Assembly: GCA_023334545.1 (NCBI GenBank)
Contig: JAADVB010000078.1
Coordinates: 1-64,000, forward strand
DNA: 64,000 nucleotides
Direction: 5' to 3'
From: Salisapilia sapeloensis CBS 127946
Taxonomy: Eukaryota; Protista; Oomycota
Numbering within the stretch: the first letter of the stretch is position 1; every line of letters starts with the position of its first letter. This document shows, in pieces, positions 12,280-24,299 of this stretch. Below the pieces are notes generated by a model. The model made no database searches. It was given only the letters and a program-made list of their open reading frames with translations, and was not told the origin of the DNA. The translations under genes and the position numbers were made by a program.

Positions 12280-14720
12280 ATGTACATTTAAACCATACTT
12301 AACTTTTAAACTATTAATGCAACATAACTCAAATCTATAAACGAAGATATCGATAAAAGTTATCAAACTTGTCTAATCCTGTTTGTTCATCAAATAAAGA
12401 TTTAAAGTAAACGAAAGCCAGTACTTTTATCTTTTTTGAAAATATATTTATTGTGGTCTGTTGTATATTTAAAAAAATAAAGTTAAAGTCAAAAACAATT
12501 ATAAATAAGTAAATCATAAAGTAAGAAAAAAACAGTCTCTATTATAAAAGAATATTTAACGCATACAGCTTTTATATATCAAAAGTATAATTTATTATGT
12601 TTATAAAAAAAATAACGGTATTCAAACAAGTTATTACGCTTTTACCGTGCATTTACTTTCTAATCTTGCCCAGCAAAAAATGTTTTATTTTAAATTGTCT
12701 CTAAGTTTTTATAATTTCATTTATCTAATTTACAAACAGATTATTAACAAAAAAAATAAAATAAAATCTAGACTGCTGTTTCTTTATTTAAAAACTATTA
12801 CACGAAACTCTTTTAATCCGCTTATGTTTTTATTAAAATAAAATATTTAAATACTATAATCACAACAACTGTATTAAAAATACATCGTTAAAACGAAGCT
12901 TTCATTGTCAAAAAATACTACCATATCTACTGTGCTTTCCAACGGAAAATAAACCTAATGCATATGTAATAAATAATGTTTTATTTAAAATATGGTTTTA
13001 TATAAAGTTTCTTTTTACCATTTACAAATTAAGCTTTACGTAGATAATTAAGTTTTTCTGACAATTCAAAATTTATGTTTTTGCTAGGTCTATATTTATA
13101 CATTATACACATCATGCAGTTCTCAAAATTTTTTACCTTGCTTAACATATATTTGTTGGTAAATCATGATTGTTTTACTAAAATGCTACATATTGTTGTT
13201 AAAATATAATTTTAAAATTTAGTGAAGATTAACATGGAATGCTTTAACTTTTTAAGTTCTTTATACTATAGTTGTAGGCATATTAAAAATCTAAGTGCTA
13301 CGTTGATAAAATTTTGTAAATATGAAAAATTTGTTCTCAGTAAAAAATTATTTTAATTTATTTAAAAGCTAATATAAAAAATGTGGTTGTACTATATGTA
13401 TAAAAAAATATTTTTTTTTATTTTTTTAAAAATCAGTTTTGTATTAAATAAATTGTTTTCCTATTTTTTTATATTACTCTGCTTAGCGTATAATTTTATG
13501 TGAAAATTTTTTTTTAAAGTAATATCATACTTTTGTAATACTTTTGCTATAAATATCTACGTTATAGTATTGTATCCTTAAGATTTAAAAATTGTACATA
13601 ATATATGACTGTCATAACATTGTGATAGAGACTTTTATTCTTGTCGAAATTTATTTAAATAAAATTCTTTGAAAAATTAGACGATAGATATTAAATATAT
13701 AATGCAACAACATTAGATTAAAGCTTGCGTTATTAATGTATTTTTTGGTGTAGATAACAGCATAGTTGTGTTTCATTTAATTTTCAACACAATCTTATCA
13801 ATTTAAAGAAATTCATCTGATTAACATGATATTCAAACATAAATTCTTTTGTATAGCAAAGGCATTACATATTTTATTAGTACAAAAGTTTTCTTTAGAA
13901 ACAAAACGAAAAAGCATTATTTAAAAACCTTTCTATGCTGACTTTATGGTGAATGATTATCTGTTTTTACCACATCCTTCTTGCACTTTTATTTAATACA
14001 TTTGTGTATGCTTATTTTTTCAATATTGTATTAAAAACAAAATGTCTTTAGAAGTTATACAATACTTCAGCAATACATTTTTTGTTTAAAGTAACGAATG
14101 TGTGTACGCAGTATTTTTTTGTAGATGTATGGTGTATTTTCTTTTTATTTTAAGATTTGACATATAAAATTGTTTTATAAAATTATTTGAAGATGTTGGT
14201 GCGTAAAATTAATTGCTTGCTCTTTCAGTTTCAATTGATATGTAATAACCAATGATCCTATAATCTAAGTTTAAACTTTTTTGTCTAAACTTTGTTTACG
14301 ATTTAGAACTTCTATGTAAATTTAAACTGTATTGTGTTGGTTGTATTTAGTTGTTGTTTTTTAAATTTTTAGTTTGAGCAATGTTATACATTTAATGCAT
14401 AGAGTGTTTACTATTTCTATTCACGTACATAAATGCAAGTTTTGTTTTAGTGTTTTACAGTCATAGTATATAGATAGATTTATTTTAGTTATTTATTAAT
14501 GGCTCCGAATTTGTACATGAATATAGCTGATTTAACTAAAAAGTTGCAAACGACGCAAAAAATTGAAACATCTCTGATGCACCTTTCAACAGAAAATATC
14601 TTGACTTTTGTTGCTGTTGGATTTTGATTATTTGTTAGGTTTATTTATGTAAATAGTTTTAATTATTATCATTAAAGAGTTGCTATATAAACAATTTATG
14701 CGCTTGTTTAAAGAATAAAC
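12280..14720. other. Strongly AT-rich island (roughly 20% GC by eye)
   Basis: Abrupt shift to A/T runs relative to the ~40% GC flanks and >50% GC genes. No long ORF. Boundaries are approximate. Confidence 0.85.
13550..14210 (-). pseudogene. Degraded D5-like/SF3 primase-helicase of viral or Polinton-like type
   Basis: Across stops and frameshifts the motifs occur in order: FLIQY*KK..TNVL, QEGCGKNR..FT (Walker A), LNET (Walker B-like), HNVMTVIY (motif C-like) and *RRYL (Arg-finger-like). Recognised from memory; not searched. Confidence 0.45.
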
Positions 14721-15149
14721 GATCAAAATAAATTTTGTAAACCTACAACATGTGATACACGCCCGATGAAACGCTGGTATTTCTAAGAAATAAGCACACT
14801 TGTACTAGGTTACATTGAGATTTGTTCGGCTTCTGTTCTGCTGGCCCAATTCACCATTATATGATAGCATTTTTGATGCTACATCCTTTCATGAACGATT
14901 TGCTTCAAATTAAGTGTTATTGATGTCTCTCGTGGTAGCTCACGTTGACTATAACAATAGCTTCGACCGATGCTGGACATTAGAAAAAATACTTACATTT
15001 TAGCAAGGAAAATCTTTAAACAACACAACAGTTATCCGAGCTTCTGTTAGAATGAAGAGCGATTGACTTTAGTTTCTACTTCTTCACTATATAATATGGA
15101 GGCGATCTACCATGCTGCTGCTCATCCCACAGTCCAACGAAGCAAGTGT

Positions 15150-15641
15150 TCATACGCGGTGGGAGTTACATGAGACAAACCAGAGATTATTAGACAATTT
15201 GCAAAAGGCCGAGCTATGTTGCTGACAGAACGGACTCAGATATAGCCAGTGCACTGTACCGATACCACTGCCGAACAACTTTCGATAGAGTGGTCTACAT
15301 TGTAGTGGGTTCAGACCTTGACTACGTGCAAGCTCTTGAAAGCTTTCCTTTGTGTCCATACCAATGTTAGCTGCAAGATTCGTAATTTTATTAAAGGCAC
15401 GAAGATGACGCTTCCACAAAAGCGCAGACAGTAGTGCTGCCATTGTTTTGCACTGGCAACATGATTGTTTGAGGTCTATAGCCTTGAGTGAATTCCCATA
15501 TTTAGGTTGGTGGAGGATGTGCGCACCGTCACCTTCCATATGCGCTTGGTTTATTTGGAGTGTCTTAACCGCTTGGAGTCGCTTCACTTTATTTAGAATT
15601 ATGATATAGCAGGCGTCATGGACAGCGGGGGTATTCAGCAC
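15150..15641 (-). pseudogene. Degenerate RI-like leucine-rich-repeat fragment
   Basis: VKTLQINQAHMEGDGAHIL..GNSLKAIDLKQ..MAALLSALL follows the LxxLxLxxNxIxxxGAxxLA pattern but with eroded Asn positions. The ORF has no ATG start. Confidence 0.45.
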
Positions 15642-18149
15642 TAGTTGATCAGCATTTAGCTCAAGTCAGAAGCATTGTCGACTGTATAACTGATACTTTC
15701 GGTGCTGGTCAGCGCTGCTCATGCTAAAGATATGTAATTGATCTTGGTTGGATAAAAACCAGTAGAGCAACAGACCTTATGCTCACGGCTTACAGCATCA
15801 AGTCTTATCATTCCTAGTCTATCGCTATGATACGTAACCTCCAGGTGTGTATTCGCGAATGGTTTCCACCATGTAGTAATTTATCTTTCTTAGTATCACT
15901 AACGATGTTTGTATTTTCATTTGCTGACGTTGTATGTAGAATGGCTGTACTGTGCTCTACTCTACTTTAATCCGCATTGTTTTTATACAGCTTGTGTCTG
16001 TGAGAAAGTAGTATTAGATTCTACAGTCTGTGTGTACTCGCGTAGTCAGGATCACTTCTTCAGTCCAATCTTTGGAACAAGTTACAGTCGCCGAAGTAAA
16101 TGCCATGTAAAATGTGTACAATAATATTAATGTGCACTTCTAAACTAGTCGTGTAGCGAAATAATTAAATAAAATACTTTTCCGCTAAGCGCATGGCATC
16201 ATGCAGAGTGCGCTAGCTGCGAGTCGGAGTCAAGATGCAAAGTTACCATTCTTTGATTTGGTCTTTTGTTGGTGATGCAAGTTATACATTTCCCTTCCAT
16301 ATTATTATCATATTGTTGCGACTACAGTCTAACTGTCTTTGATTCGCTTCGCTCTGGATACTCTTTTTGAGCTTGCGTTGGGTCCAAGTTGTCGACCCAA
16401 CAAAGATGCATCCGTTCTTCCCGTCAACAGTATGAGCGAGCTCATATAATGTACACAGCCCAAAACTGGATCAGGGGCATGTCCAGCATGTAATTTGGAC
16501 GAAACTCATCAAACAACTGGAAGCAATCGGTAGAAGCACAAGAAGGAACCGGGAGTATGCAGTCGCATCAACATGTGATAGGGACATCACATGCCCCCAG
16601 ACAGTCCATGCGTGATGTTCGACTGTAAAAACGAACCCTCCACTTATCCCTTCGCGGGAGGGCCTAGCGGATACCAAAGAGAAGTAAACTAATATCTCTT
16701 TGCAAAAACAATCGTGTGGTCTCTATTGCACTCGTCAAATATGCTATCGTCGTAGCTCGTTAATGTGAGCCGCCATTGTTTAGCAGGCCACATTAGATTA
16801 TGGCCAAATGAGAATACAAATACTTGTCCTTTACAACTTCTTCTTGTTTAGTTGAGCAAACGTCGTTGCTAATCTGTACTCCGGTTGAATCCAGCAAAGA
16901 CCTTGTCTTTTGGTGTCTGTAGTGAGATACGGTGAAGGTAAGCTACCTAGAATATCGAGTATCCGCTTCATTACACGACTAGCGTGTGCGGGCTTCTCGT
17001 CCTGCCTATCTGTCGTTGCAGAGGTTTAGTTGTCGCTTGGAGTCTCTTGTTTGAGCTCAAACCATCGACCAAAGTCAGTCGAAACAATAGTAATCTGTCA
17101 TGGCAAATGTCTGCGTGACTTGAGCACTGCCGAATCATTATAAAATACTCTTGCATGATGTCAACATGAGCGGCGACCTTACGCATCGACTATATCACGG
17201 CATTGTACAAAGGAGCTCTGGTGGGTGCCTCGGTAGTGTCGTCGAGGCCAAAGAAAGTCTTGTACGCTGATCGTAAATCTTATATAACAGGGATATGCGC
17301 CGCATACTGTCTGAAGATCGTACGCTAGATTGAGGTTTTCTACGCTTGCAGTATCGTTTGGCTAATGCGTGAGAAAGAAGTGTCGTGAACTGACGATGAT
17401 ATCTGCATTCCGGTTGCGAACAAATATGTCGCTTATATGTCTCTGCTGTAGTTTGTCGTGTTCATCAGAGATGGCAGTCTTATAATATACATGTCCTGGT
17501 AATACGATGCGTAGGACTGCCTCAATCAATTGTATGGAAAGTCCCAAGTAGGCGTCACGCTATTTACGAATTTTCTTGTCCACAGGTCCATGATTCTGTT
17601 TCCTACGATAGTGATGGGTGCTAGTTCAATGTCCTCAGGTGTATTGCAAACAGTTATCTCATCATGCTGCTTTCAATAAGCCTTCATACTCATTTCGAAT
17701 ACTCTGCTTATCAAGACATCCCCATCAACTTCACATACTTATTCTCCACCAGACTCTATAGTATCCACGCAATCCACTAAGCTATAGTCTGGTCGTGAAA
17801 ACCTGTTGGAATCTAGTTTGAAAGCATCATCCTGCTTGTTGCAAGCTAAGCACATGCATCTGCTTGAGCCCATACAGCATATTTAATCGTACCATGCAAC
17901 TCTCTAGAACTGTGACAGTCATTTCTAGTACCCTGCGAGAAATCGACTCCACATAACTAGCGAAGTGTATGAAAGTCACTTGCCACAGCAACGATCCCAA
18001 ACATCCAAAGGCATATACAGAGCAAAGAAAGCATCGAGATAGCTCATCGTATCAAGTAGATCAATCGAAATGCCAAGTTCCCAGAGGGTACATCTCCGGT
18101 ACAATTTACAAACCAATTCGACCGACAGATAAATCGAAATCAAGGCATC

Positions 18150-18485
18150 ATGGCAGCGAATGGAGCAACGCATGGAGGCGGTCGAGGCGGCGGCGGAACC
18201 AACCGTCCGGACCCGATCATGGAGATCGCCAAGTACATGGACCAGCCGATTCGCGTCAAGTTCCACGGCGGTCGGGAGGTGCACGGTCTGCTCAAGGGGT
18301 ACGATCGTCTGGTGAATCTCGTGCTGGACGACTGCGTCGAGTACATTCGCGACCCAGAGGACGAATACCGTCTGACGGAAGAGACGCGAAAGGTCGGTCT
18401 AGTGGTATGCCGCGGGACGTCTGTGATGCTTGTGTCTCCCGTGGACGGCATGGAGGAGATTGCGAATCCTTTCCAGCAAGAATAG
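18150..18485 (+). CDS. LSM7: U6 snRNA-associated Sm-like protein LSm7
   Basis: KYMDQPIRVKFHGGREVHGLLKGYDRLVNLVLDD (Sm1) and GLVVCRGTSVMLVSPVDG (Sm2). Intronless. Confidence 0.95.
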   Translation: MAANGATHGGGRGGGGTNRPDPIMEIAKYMDQPIRVKFHGGREVHGLLKGYDRLVNLVLDDCVEYIRDPEDEYRLTEETRKVGLVVCRGTSVMLVSPVDGMEEIANPFQQE

Positions 18486-18497
18486 AACAAGATATTG

Positions 18498-19400
18498 CTA
18501 CATTTTCACTTTGTACATGTATTTCCAAAGCTTCCCCGTCAGGTAGAAAACGTCTTCTCTTTCATCATACGCGATTCCATTCAAAACAGCATCCAAATTC
18601 GATCGCTCTCCACTGTCCTCGACGATGGCAGAACAGTCGAAAAGGTGGACGACGTGGCCGGAGGTAGGGTCTATCTGCACAATATGCGGCTGGAACCAGA
18701 CGTTGGCGTAGACGTATCCGTCGACTACTTCCAGTTCGTTCAGCTGAGCCAGTGGCTGGTCCTTGTAGGTGACTTGGATCCGCCGCTTTTCCTGGAACGT
18801 CTCTGCGTCCCATATGAAGAGGGTGGAGGATCCGTCGGATACCACGAGTTCCTTGTCGTTGAGCAGGTGGATGCCCCATCCTTGGCCTGTGATGGTGTCA
18901 TACGAAAACTGGCGATCGAGAGAAAAGGATCCCGAGTGGCGGGATAGAACCAGACCCTTGCGACTCTTCCATGTGAGCATGATGAGGGAGTCGTCATAGT
19001 TACGCGTGACTCCTTCTCCGAAGAGGTGTCGAGGGAGGTCGTATTGCTTCCGTACGACACCGGAGGGAATGTCCACGAGACGGAGACTCGAGCTTCCATA
19101 TCGACCGGTGGATTCGACCAAGTATGGAGTGGAGTCCTCGTACTGGACGAAGAGACCTTGTGTGAATGCTTTCGAGTCATGTGGGTATCTCGCTAGTACT
19201 GTAGGTGTCGACACGACCGTATCCGACTTGACGCTGGTCGGAGCGTATAGGAAGACCATGTAAACGATAGCGAATACAGCAAGTATCATAGCCGACAGAG
19301 CTAGTGGCTTATAGGGAGAAGAGGAAGATGTAGAGTGTGTAGAGGACGAGGGCGAGTGAGGTGGCGACGGCCGAGGTCGACGGCGTGGGTGCGTGGCCAT
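18498..19400 (-). CDS. Glutaminyl-peptide cyclotransferase (plant/bacterial beta-propeller type) with N-terminal membrane anchor
   Basis: YPHDSKAFTQGL, ESTGRYGSS, FGEG, GQGWG, SDGSS, LNELE, YANVW and VLNGIAY. Hydrophobic segment LALSAMILAVFAIVYMVFLY. First ATG at 19400. Confidence 0.9.
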   Translation of the reverse strand: MATHPRRRPRPSPPHSPSSSTHSTSSSSPYKPLALSAMILAVFAIVYMVFLYAPTSVKSDTVVSTPTVLARYPHDSKAFTQGLFVQYEDSTPYLVESTGRYGSSSLRLVDIPSGVVRKQYDLPRHLFGEGVTRNYDDSLIMLTWKSRKGLVLSRHSGSFSLDRQFSYDTITGQGWGIHLLNDKELVVSDGSSTLFIWDAETFQEKRRIQVTYKDQPLAQLNELEVVDGYVYANVWFQPHIVQIDPTSGHVVHLFDCSAIVEDSGERSNLDAVLNGIAYDEREDVFYLTGKLWKYMYKVKM

Positions 19401-19543
19401 CGCTAGTAAATCCGGACAGAGAGGAGTGATGGATGTGGAGTGAGACGGATAGGACGTTGATAGGAGGTGATAAAGATGGACAGGGGCAACAGATGTGTTT
19501 ATACCGAGACGATGACAGGAAATGAACAAGTGAATTCCTGAGC

Positions 19544-19876
19544 ATGGGCGTCCTATGGAACTTTGTCCTGTCGAGCTTGCTGCTTACGAACGCCGTGTGC
19601 ATCTTGCACGAGAAACGCTTCCTCCGACCTTGTGCGTATGCAAGTAGTAAAAGGATGGATGTAGACTTATGCGTGTGGTAGACGGATGGCATGAAGTGGA
19701 CTCGACGCAGGGGTCGACAGTCAAGAACCAGCTCATCGGCTTCCTCGCGGCCGTCCAGTACCTTCGAAGTAGGTTTTGCGTTTGTATAGACGTAGCGTCG
19801 AGACTTACGTTTGTGACTAGTGCCTCTGATCATCATCAACGCGTGTATGATCGTCCTGGAGCTCTTGTTGGGGTGA
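19544..19876 (+). CDS. YOS1: Yos1/IER3IP1-like ER-Golgi transport protein, 3 exons
   Basis: Spliced as MGVLWNFVLSSLLLTNAVCILHEKRFL..GW..VKNQLIGFLAAVQYLR.PLIIIN..IVLELLLG*. Confidence 0.85.
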
Positions 19877-20166
19877 AGAGCTCGGCCTTTGCTCGATCAA
19901 GACATGGATACAGTTGCCTCTCCCGTCTCTTACGCAAATAAAAGTATACGTTAGACACCTTCTTCTATCTCCACATTATACTGTAGTATAAACATATCGT
20001 ATGCATCGTCTGTATCGTCTATGGCCATAGTAGAGATGGAGAGGAGTACCACTTCATCCGGAAGAGATGACAAGGTACCATCTCAGCACCTCTTGTAGCA
20101 GACATACAATACCCCATACAAACTCCAAACACGGACACGAGGCGCGTGCGTCGGATCTATCGGAGC

Positions 20167-22744
20167 ATGTTCGAGAAGACGCTGCAGGACCTCGTCAAGG
20201 GCATTCGGTCCACCAAGGGCGACGTGAGCGTCTACATCTCCCAATGCCTGCAGGAGATCAAGGCGGAGCTCCGCAGCACGGACCCGTTCCTCAAGGCCGA
20301 GGCCGTCCGGAAGCTCACCTACCTCCACATGCTCGGCTACGACATGGGCTGGGCTGCCTTCCACATCGTCGAAGTCATGAGCTCGGAGCGCTTTGCCCAC
20401 AAGCGCATTGGAAACACGGCTGCGTGTCAGAGCTTTACGCAGCACACGGACGTGGTGCTCCTGTGCACGAATCTGCTCAAGAAGGAGTTTAGTTCGTCCA
20501 ACGACTACGACGTCGGTCTCGCTCTCAACGTCCTCGGGAACATTGCGACGCCAGACTTGGCTCGAGACCTCTTGGGCGACGTCCTGAACATGCTCCAGTC
20601 GCCCAAGAGCTACGTCCGGAAGAAGGCGACCTTGGTCCTGTACAAGCTCTTCCTCCGGTATCCACAGGGTCTGCGTCTGTCTTTTGACCGACTGCGAGAG
20701 AAGATGGAGGAGCCAGACGTGTCGGTCGTGTCCTGCGCCGTGAATGTGATTTGCGAACTGGCGGACAAGAAGCCTCAGAACTACTTGGGCCTCGCCCCCC
20801 ACTTCTTCCGCCTGCTGACGACGAGCAGTAACAACTGGATGCTGATCAAGGTCGTCAAGCTCCTACGGAGTCTCGTGCCGGTGGAGCCTCGTCTCGCTCG
20901 CAAGCTCCTGGACCCTCTCGCGACGGTCATCCAGAACACACCCGCCAAGTCCTTGTTGTATGAGTGCATCAATACGGTCACGACAGCTCTCTTGTACACT
21001 CGCAAGAGCGACGGGAGTCAGCCGAAGAGCGTCCCTGCCGTCGTGAAGCTCTGTAATACGCACTTGCGTCGGTTCCTGGAGGACTCGGACCAGAACCTTC
21101 GGTACCTCGGCCTCATCGGTCTCGGGAACCTCATGCAGAGCCACATGGACGTCTTGGAGGAGCACCAGAGTCTAATTATCGAGTGCTTGTATCTCGACGA
21201 CATCACGATCCGCCTGCGAGCGCTGGAGCTCTTGGCCGGCATGGTCCACACGGACAACGCCTCCACGATCGTGTCGGAGCTCCTAAGACAAGTGTTCGTG
21301 GCGGATGGCGTGTATCGTCAGGAGCTCATGCACCAGATCCTGCACGTGTGTTCGAGGGACAAGTATGCCAACGTGCATGACTTTGACTGGTACATCAGTG
21401 TCTTGTGCCAACTGGCGCGTGTGCCGGAGACGACTTCCGACGGGAAAGGGCACGGGCAGGAGGTGTCTCGGCAGCTAGTAGATCTAGCTGTGCGTGTCAA
21501 GGGGATCCGAGCGAATATGGTCGAGAGCATGCTGGACCTCTTGTTCGAGCAGGAGATGCTGACGGGCCCGAGCGCCTCGACGGTGAAGCAAGTGTACTTT
21601 GCTGCGTCGTGGATCGTCGGAGAGTACGTGAGTGAGTATCTGGAGGAAGAGGAGGGGGAAGAGCGGATCGAAGACCTGGTCGAGACGCTCGTGGACCCTC
21701 AGGTCGTGTGCCTCTTGCCGAGTCACGTCCAAGCAGCTATCGTCCAGACTCTATTGAAGCTCCTGGCAGTTCTCTTCGACCGACTGGAAGAGGATGAAGC
21801 AGAGGAGGTTGCGTCGACTGTCCTCAAGCACTTGGACTTGTTCCTCGGGAGCGAGTACGTCGAGGTCCAGGAGCGAAGTGTGGCTTTGAAAGAGCTCTTG
21901 CTAGGCCTAGGCATCGGGTACGACGCGTTGGAGGCAGAAGAGCGGCAGTCGAGAGCTTTGGAGGCGAGTGGGAGAGACGTCGAGGTGCTGCACATCTTCT
22001 TCCGAGAGCGGTTGGCACCCGTGGGCATCAAGGCGCAGAAGAAGGTTCCTGTGCCAGAAGGTCTGGATCTTGAGCGTCCGGTGGATGAGGAGGAAGCGGC
22101 TTTCTTGCTGCGTGGGGATGAGAGTAAAGAGGAAGGAGACGTGTCGTTTGTCCAGACGATGGATGTGGGAGGGAGCTACGTGTCGATGGAGAGTGCGTCT
22201 GTAGCGTCTTCCAAGAGCTCTCGGAAGAAGGTCGAGAGCGAGAGTGAGAGCGACTCGGATGCGAGTGGGAAGAAGAGTGCTGCGTCGGATCCGTTCTATC
22301 TGTCGAGTAGGAAGGACGAAGAGGAGACGCACGTGTCTCGAGGTCTCGAACGTGCGTTCAAGAAGAGCAGGAGTAGGAAGAAGAGAGCGGTCTTGGAGGA
22401 AGAGCTGATGCCGGACGGAGCGGATGATTCGCCAGAGGAAACGCCCCTGCGTCCGAAGAGGAGTGTAGGAGGACTAGTGTATTCGGTAGAGAACAGTGGA
22501 CTGATGTGTGGCGTAGGAGAACGACTTGGCCGATGTGGACTTGAGCGTCCCACTAGGAAAGCATGAGCGTATCCCAGACGACCAGTGGAAGCACAGGTCC
22601 TCTTCGAAGCCCAAGAAGTCCAAGGACAAGAAGCCCAAGGATAAGAAGCACAAGGACAAGAAGCACAAGGACAAAGACAAGAAGCACAAGGATAGGAAGA
22701 GTAGGAAGAGTCGGGAGACAGAGGAGCCGCTGTTACTACTTTAA
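20167..22744 (+). CDS. AP3D1: AP-3 complex subunit delta
   Basis: MFEKTLQDLVKGIR start, WAAFHIVEVMSS and SNNWMLIKVVKL. An intron at 22465-22516 joins a final exon (ENDLADVDLSVPL...) ending at TAA 22744. No ear domain. Confidence 0.95.
22621..22696 (+). repeat. Coding tandem repeat, ~15-nt unit encoding KDKKH/KDKKP
   Basis: caaggacaagaagcc, caaggataagaagca, caaggacaagaagca and similar units in tandem. Confidence 0.85.
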
Positions 22745-22754
22745 TGCAATCGGT

Positions 22755-23224
22755 CTATTGGCGTCGCTTCTTGCTCTTGTGCTGGCCCATGTGGCCGTCG
22801 GCTTTGCGTTTGAGAGACGAGTGGTCTTGGACGACGGACAGGACCTTGGCGAAGGGCTTGCCGAGCGTCCGAGAGCCCTGGTCCTGGTCGTCCGCAAAGG
22901 CGTTCACGAGCTGACTCGACAGGAGACGAGACTCCTGCTGCAGCTTGTACCTGTATCCGTCCTTGTCTTTAAGTTTGGCTAGCTGCTCTCCCTCCGTCGT
23001 GTCGTCTTCGAGGTCAAACGAAGTGCCGGCTAGAGACGACGCGTCCATCTACTCCTTGTTAGTAGAGATAATTGGAGAGTGTAGGAAGACATACGTACGT
23101 GTTTCGGGAGTTTAAATAGCCATAGCTCCTTGTCTTCTGACAGGATGGACGACCGAGGGAGATTGGCGCTTCCTCGAACGAGCTCGTAGCCTTCCGGCAG
23201 CTCAAAGTCTCTAGTGGACGACAC
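22755..23224 (-). CDS. RNA polymerase I subunit RPA34.5-like protein, 2 exons
   Basis: FELPEGY..KELWLFKLPKH, a GT-AG intron, then MDASSL.. ending in a Lys-rich tail. The ELWL.K.P motif is typical of the A34.5 family. Confidence 0.55.
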
Positions 23225-24299
23225 GAATGGTCAGACGGATAGCTACTTGCTGCCTTATATAACGTACTCTTCGGATTCGTCGCCGCTGCCAGAGTCTGAT
23301 TCGGACGCAGCAGTGGCTTTCTGCGGCGTGGGACGACTGTCCTCGTCGCTCGAGGAAGCAGCGGCGCTCGACTTGGACACACTTCGCTCCACCATTCGTG
23401 TTTTGGCTTGTGGTGGAAGGGACATACAAATATCAAGTATGGACGATCTGCAAGGGATGCAGGACTGGCCACCAGGTTTCCACCGCTTTGAACGGGATGA
23501 TGGGACATGGCACGTCTTGTATCGAAAGAGTACGAGAACGAGTGTGTGTATGCTTCTAGACGACTTGGTTTCGTTCTGACGCTTGGGAATTAGATGGCGT
23601 ACTCTGCTTTATGTAGATGATGCTGTACGAGGTCTCGGTAGGAGGTAGACGGGTACAAGTGCCACTAGAGAAATTGGAAAAGAGTCTGACTGGGGTGCCA
23701 CGCTCAACCTTTATACAATAATACAGTGGTCACTAGCATTTCACTAGTGACTAGCTCCTTCCGAGCGATAGATCTATAAGACTAGGAATACATCTTGTTA
23801 TGTTTATATGCAAACCAAGACAGCTATATGCATCCAAAGCGAATCAAGAGTGACGCGTCAAGGTTCACCATGTCGTGATACTAGTTTTTGAAGATAGCTT
23901 ACAGTACTGACGATAGCTACCACTAGACTGATCAGAGTATAAACCCACTGGTGTCAAGCATGTACTAGAGGCTCCACAGAACTCACGGATCTGAAAGCAG
24001 CATACCATGTATAATCCTAATCTGCAGATACTGTAGTCCATTGCAATTACCTGTTGAGGAATCTCGTTCTCTTGATAAAGAGACTAGGCAAGCTCTCGTG
24101 TAGACATTTAACTTTGTTGTATGCTTGCAACTATAGTAGAGCCATCCAATGCACATGTGTATGCCTCGACAATGCCACTGACTGCCCCGACAATACACGC
24201 ATCATCGCCAGTGTTCATTGAATGCACATCGAAAAGTGAATTGTATTATAGTATATGCATCGACACAGTCTAGATGTACACTATCCAGCGCATCACTAG

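Noticed and set aside
12280-14720. AT island as a mitochondrial insertion (NUMT)
   Set aside because: No cox, nad, atp, rRNA or tRNA sequence recognised by eye; the helicase-like motifs fit better. Not excluded without a search.
16471-16677. Cation-efflux (CDF) transporter fragment
   Set aside because: The apparent motifs occur in the wrong order for that family.
20083-22332. Several minus-strand ORFs of 70-239 aa
   Set aside because: Shadows of the GC-rich AP-3 delta coding sequence.
22621-22696. Short direct repeats as a CRISPR-like array
   Set aside because: No unique spacers; it is an in-frame Lys/Asp-rich coding repeat in a eukaryotic gene.
23214-23579. 121-aa plus-strand ORF as a gene
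   Set aside because: Begins at a non-ATG codon overlapping the RPA34-like start, and no domain was recognised.
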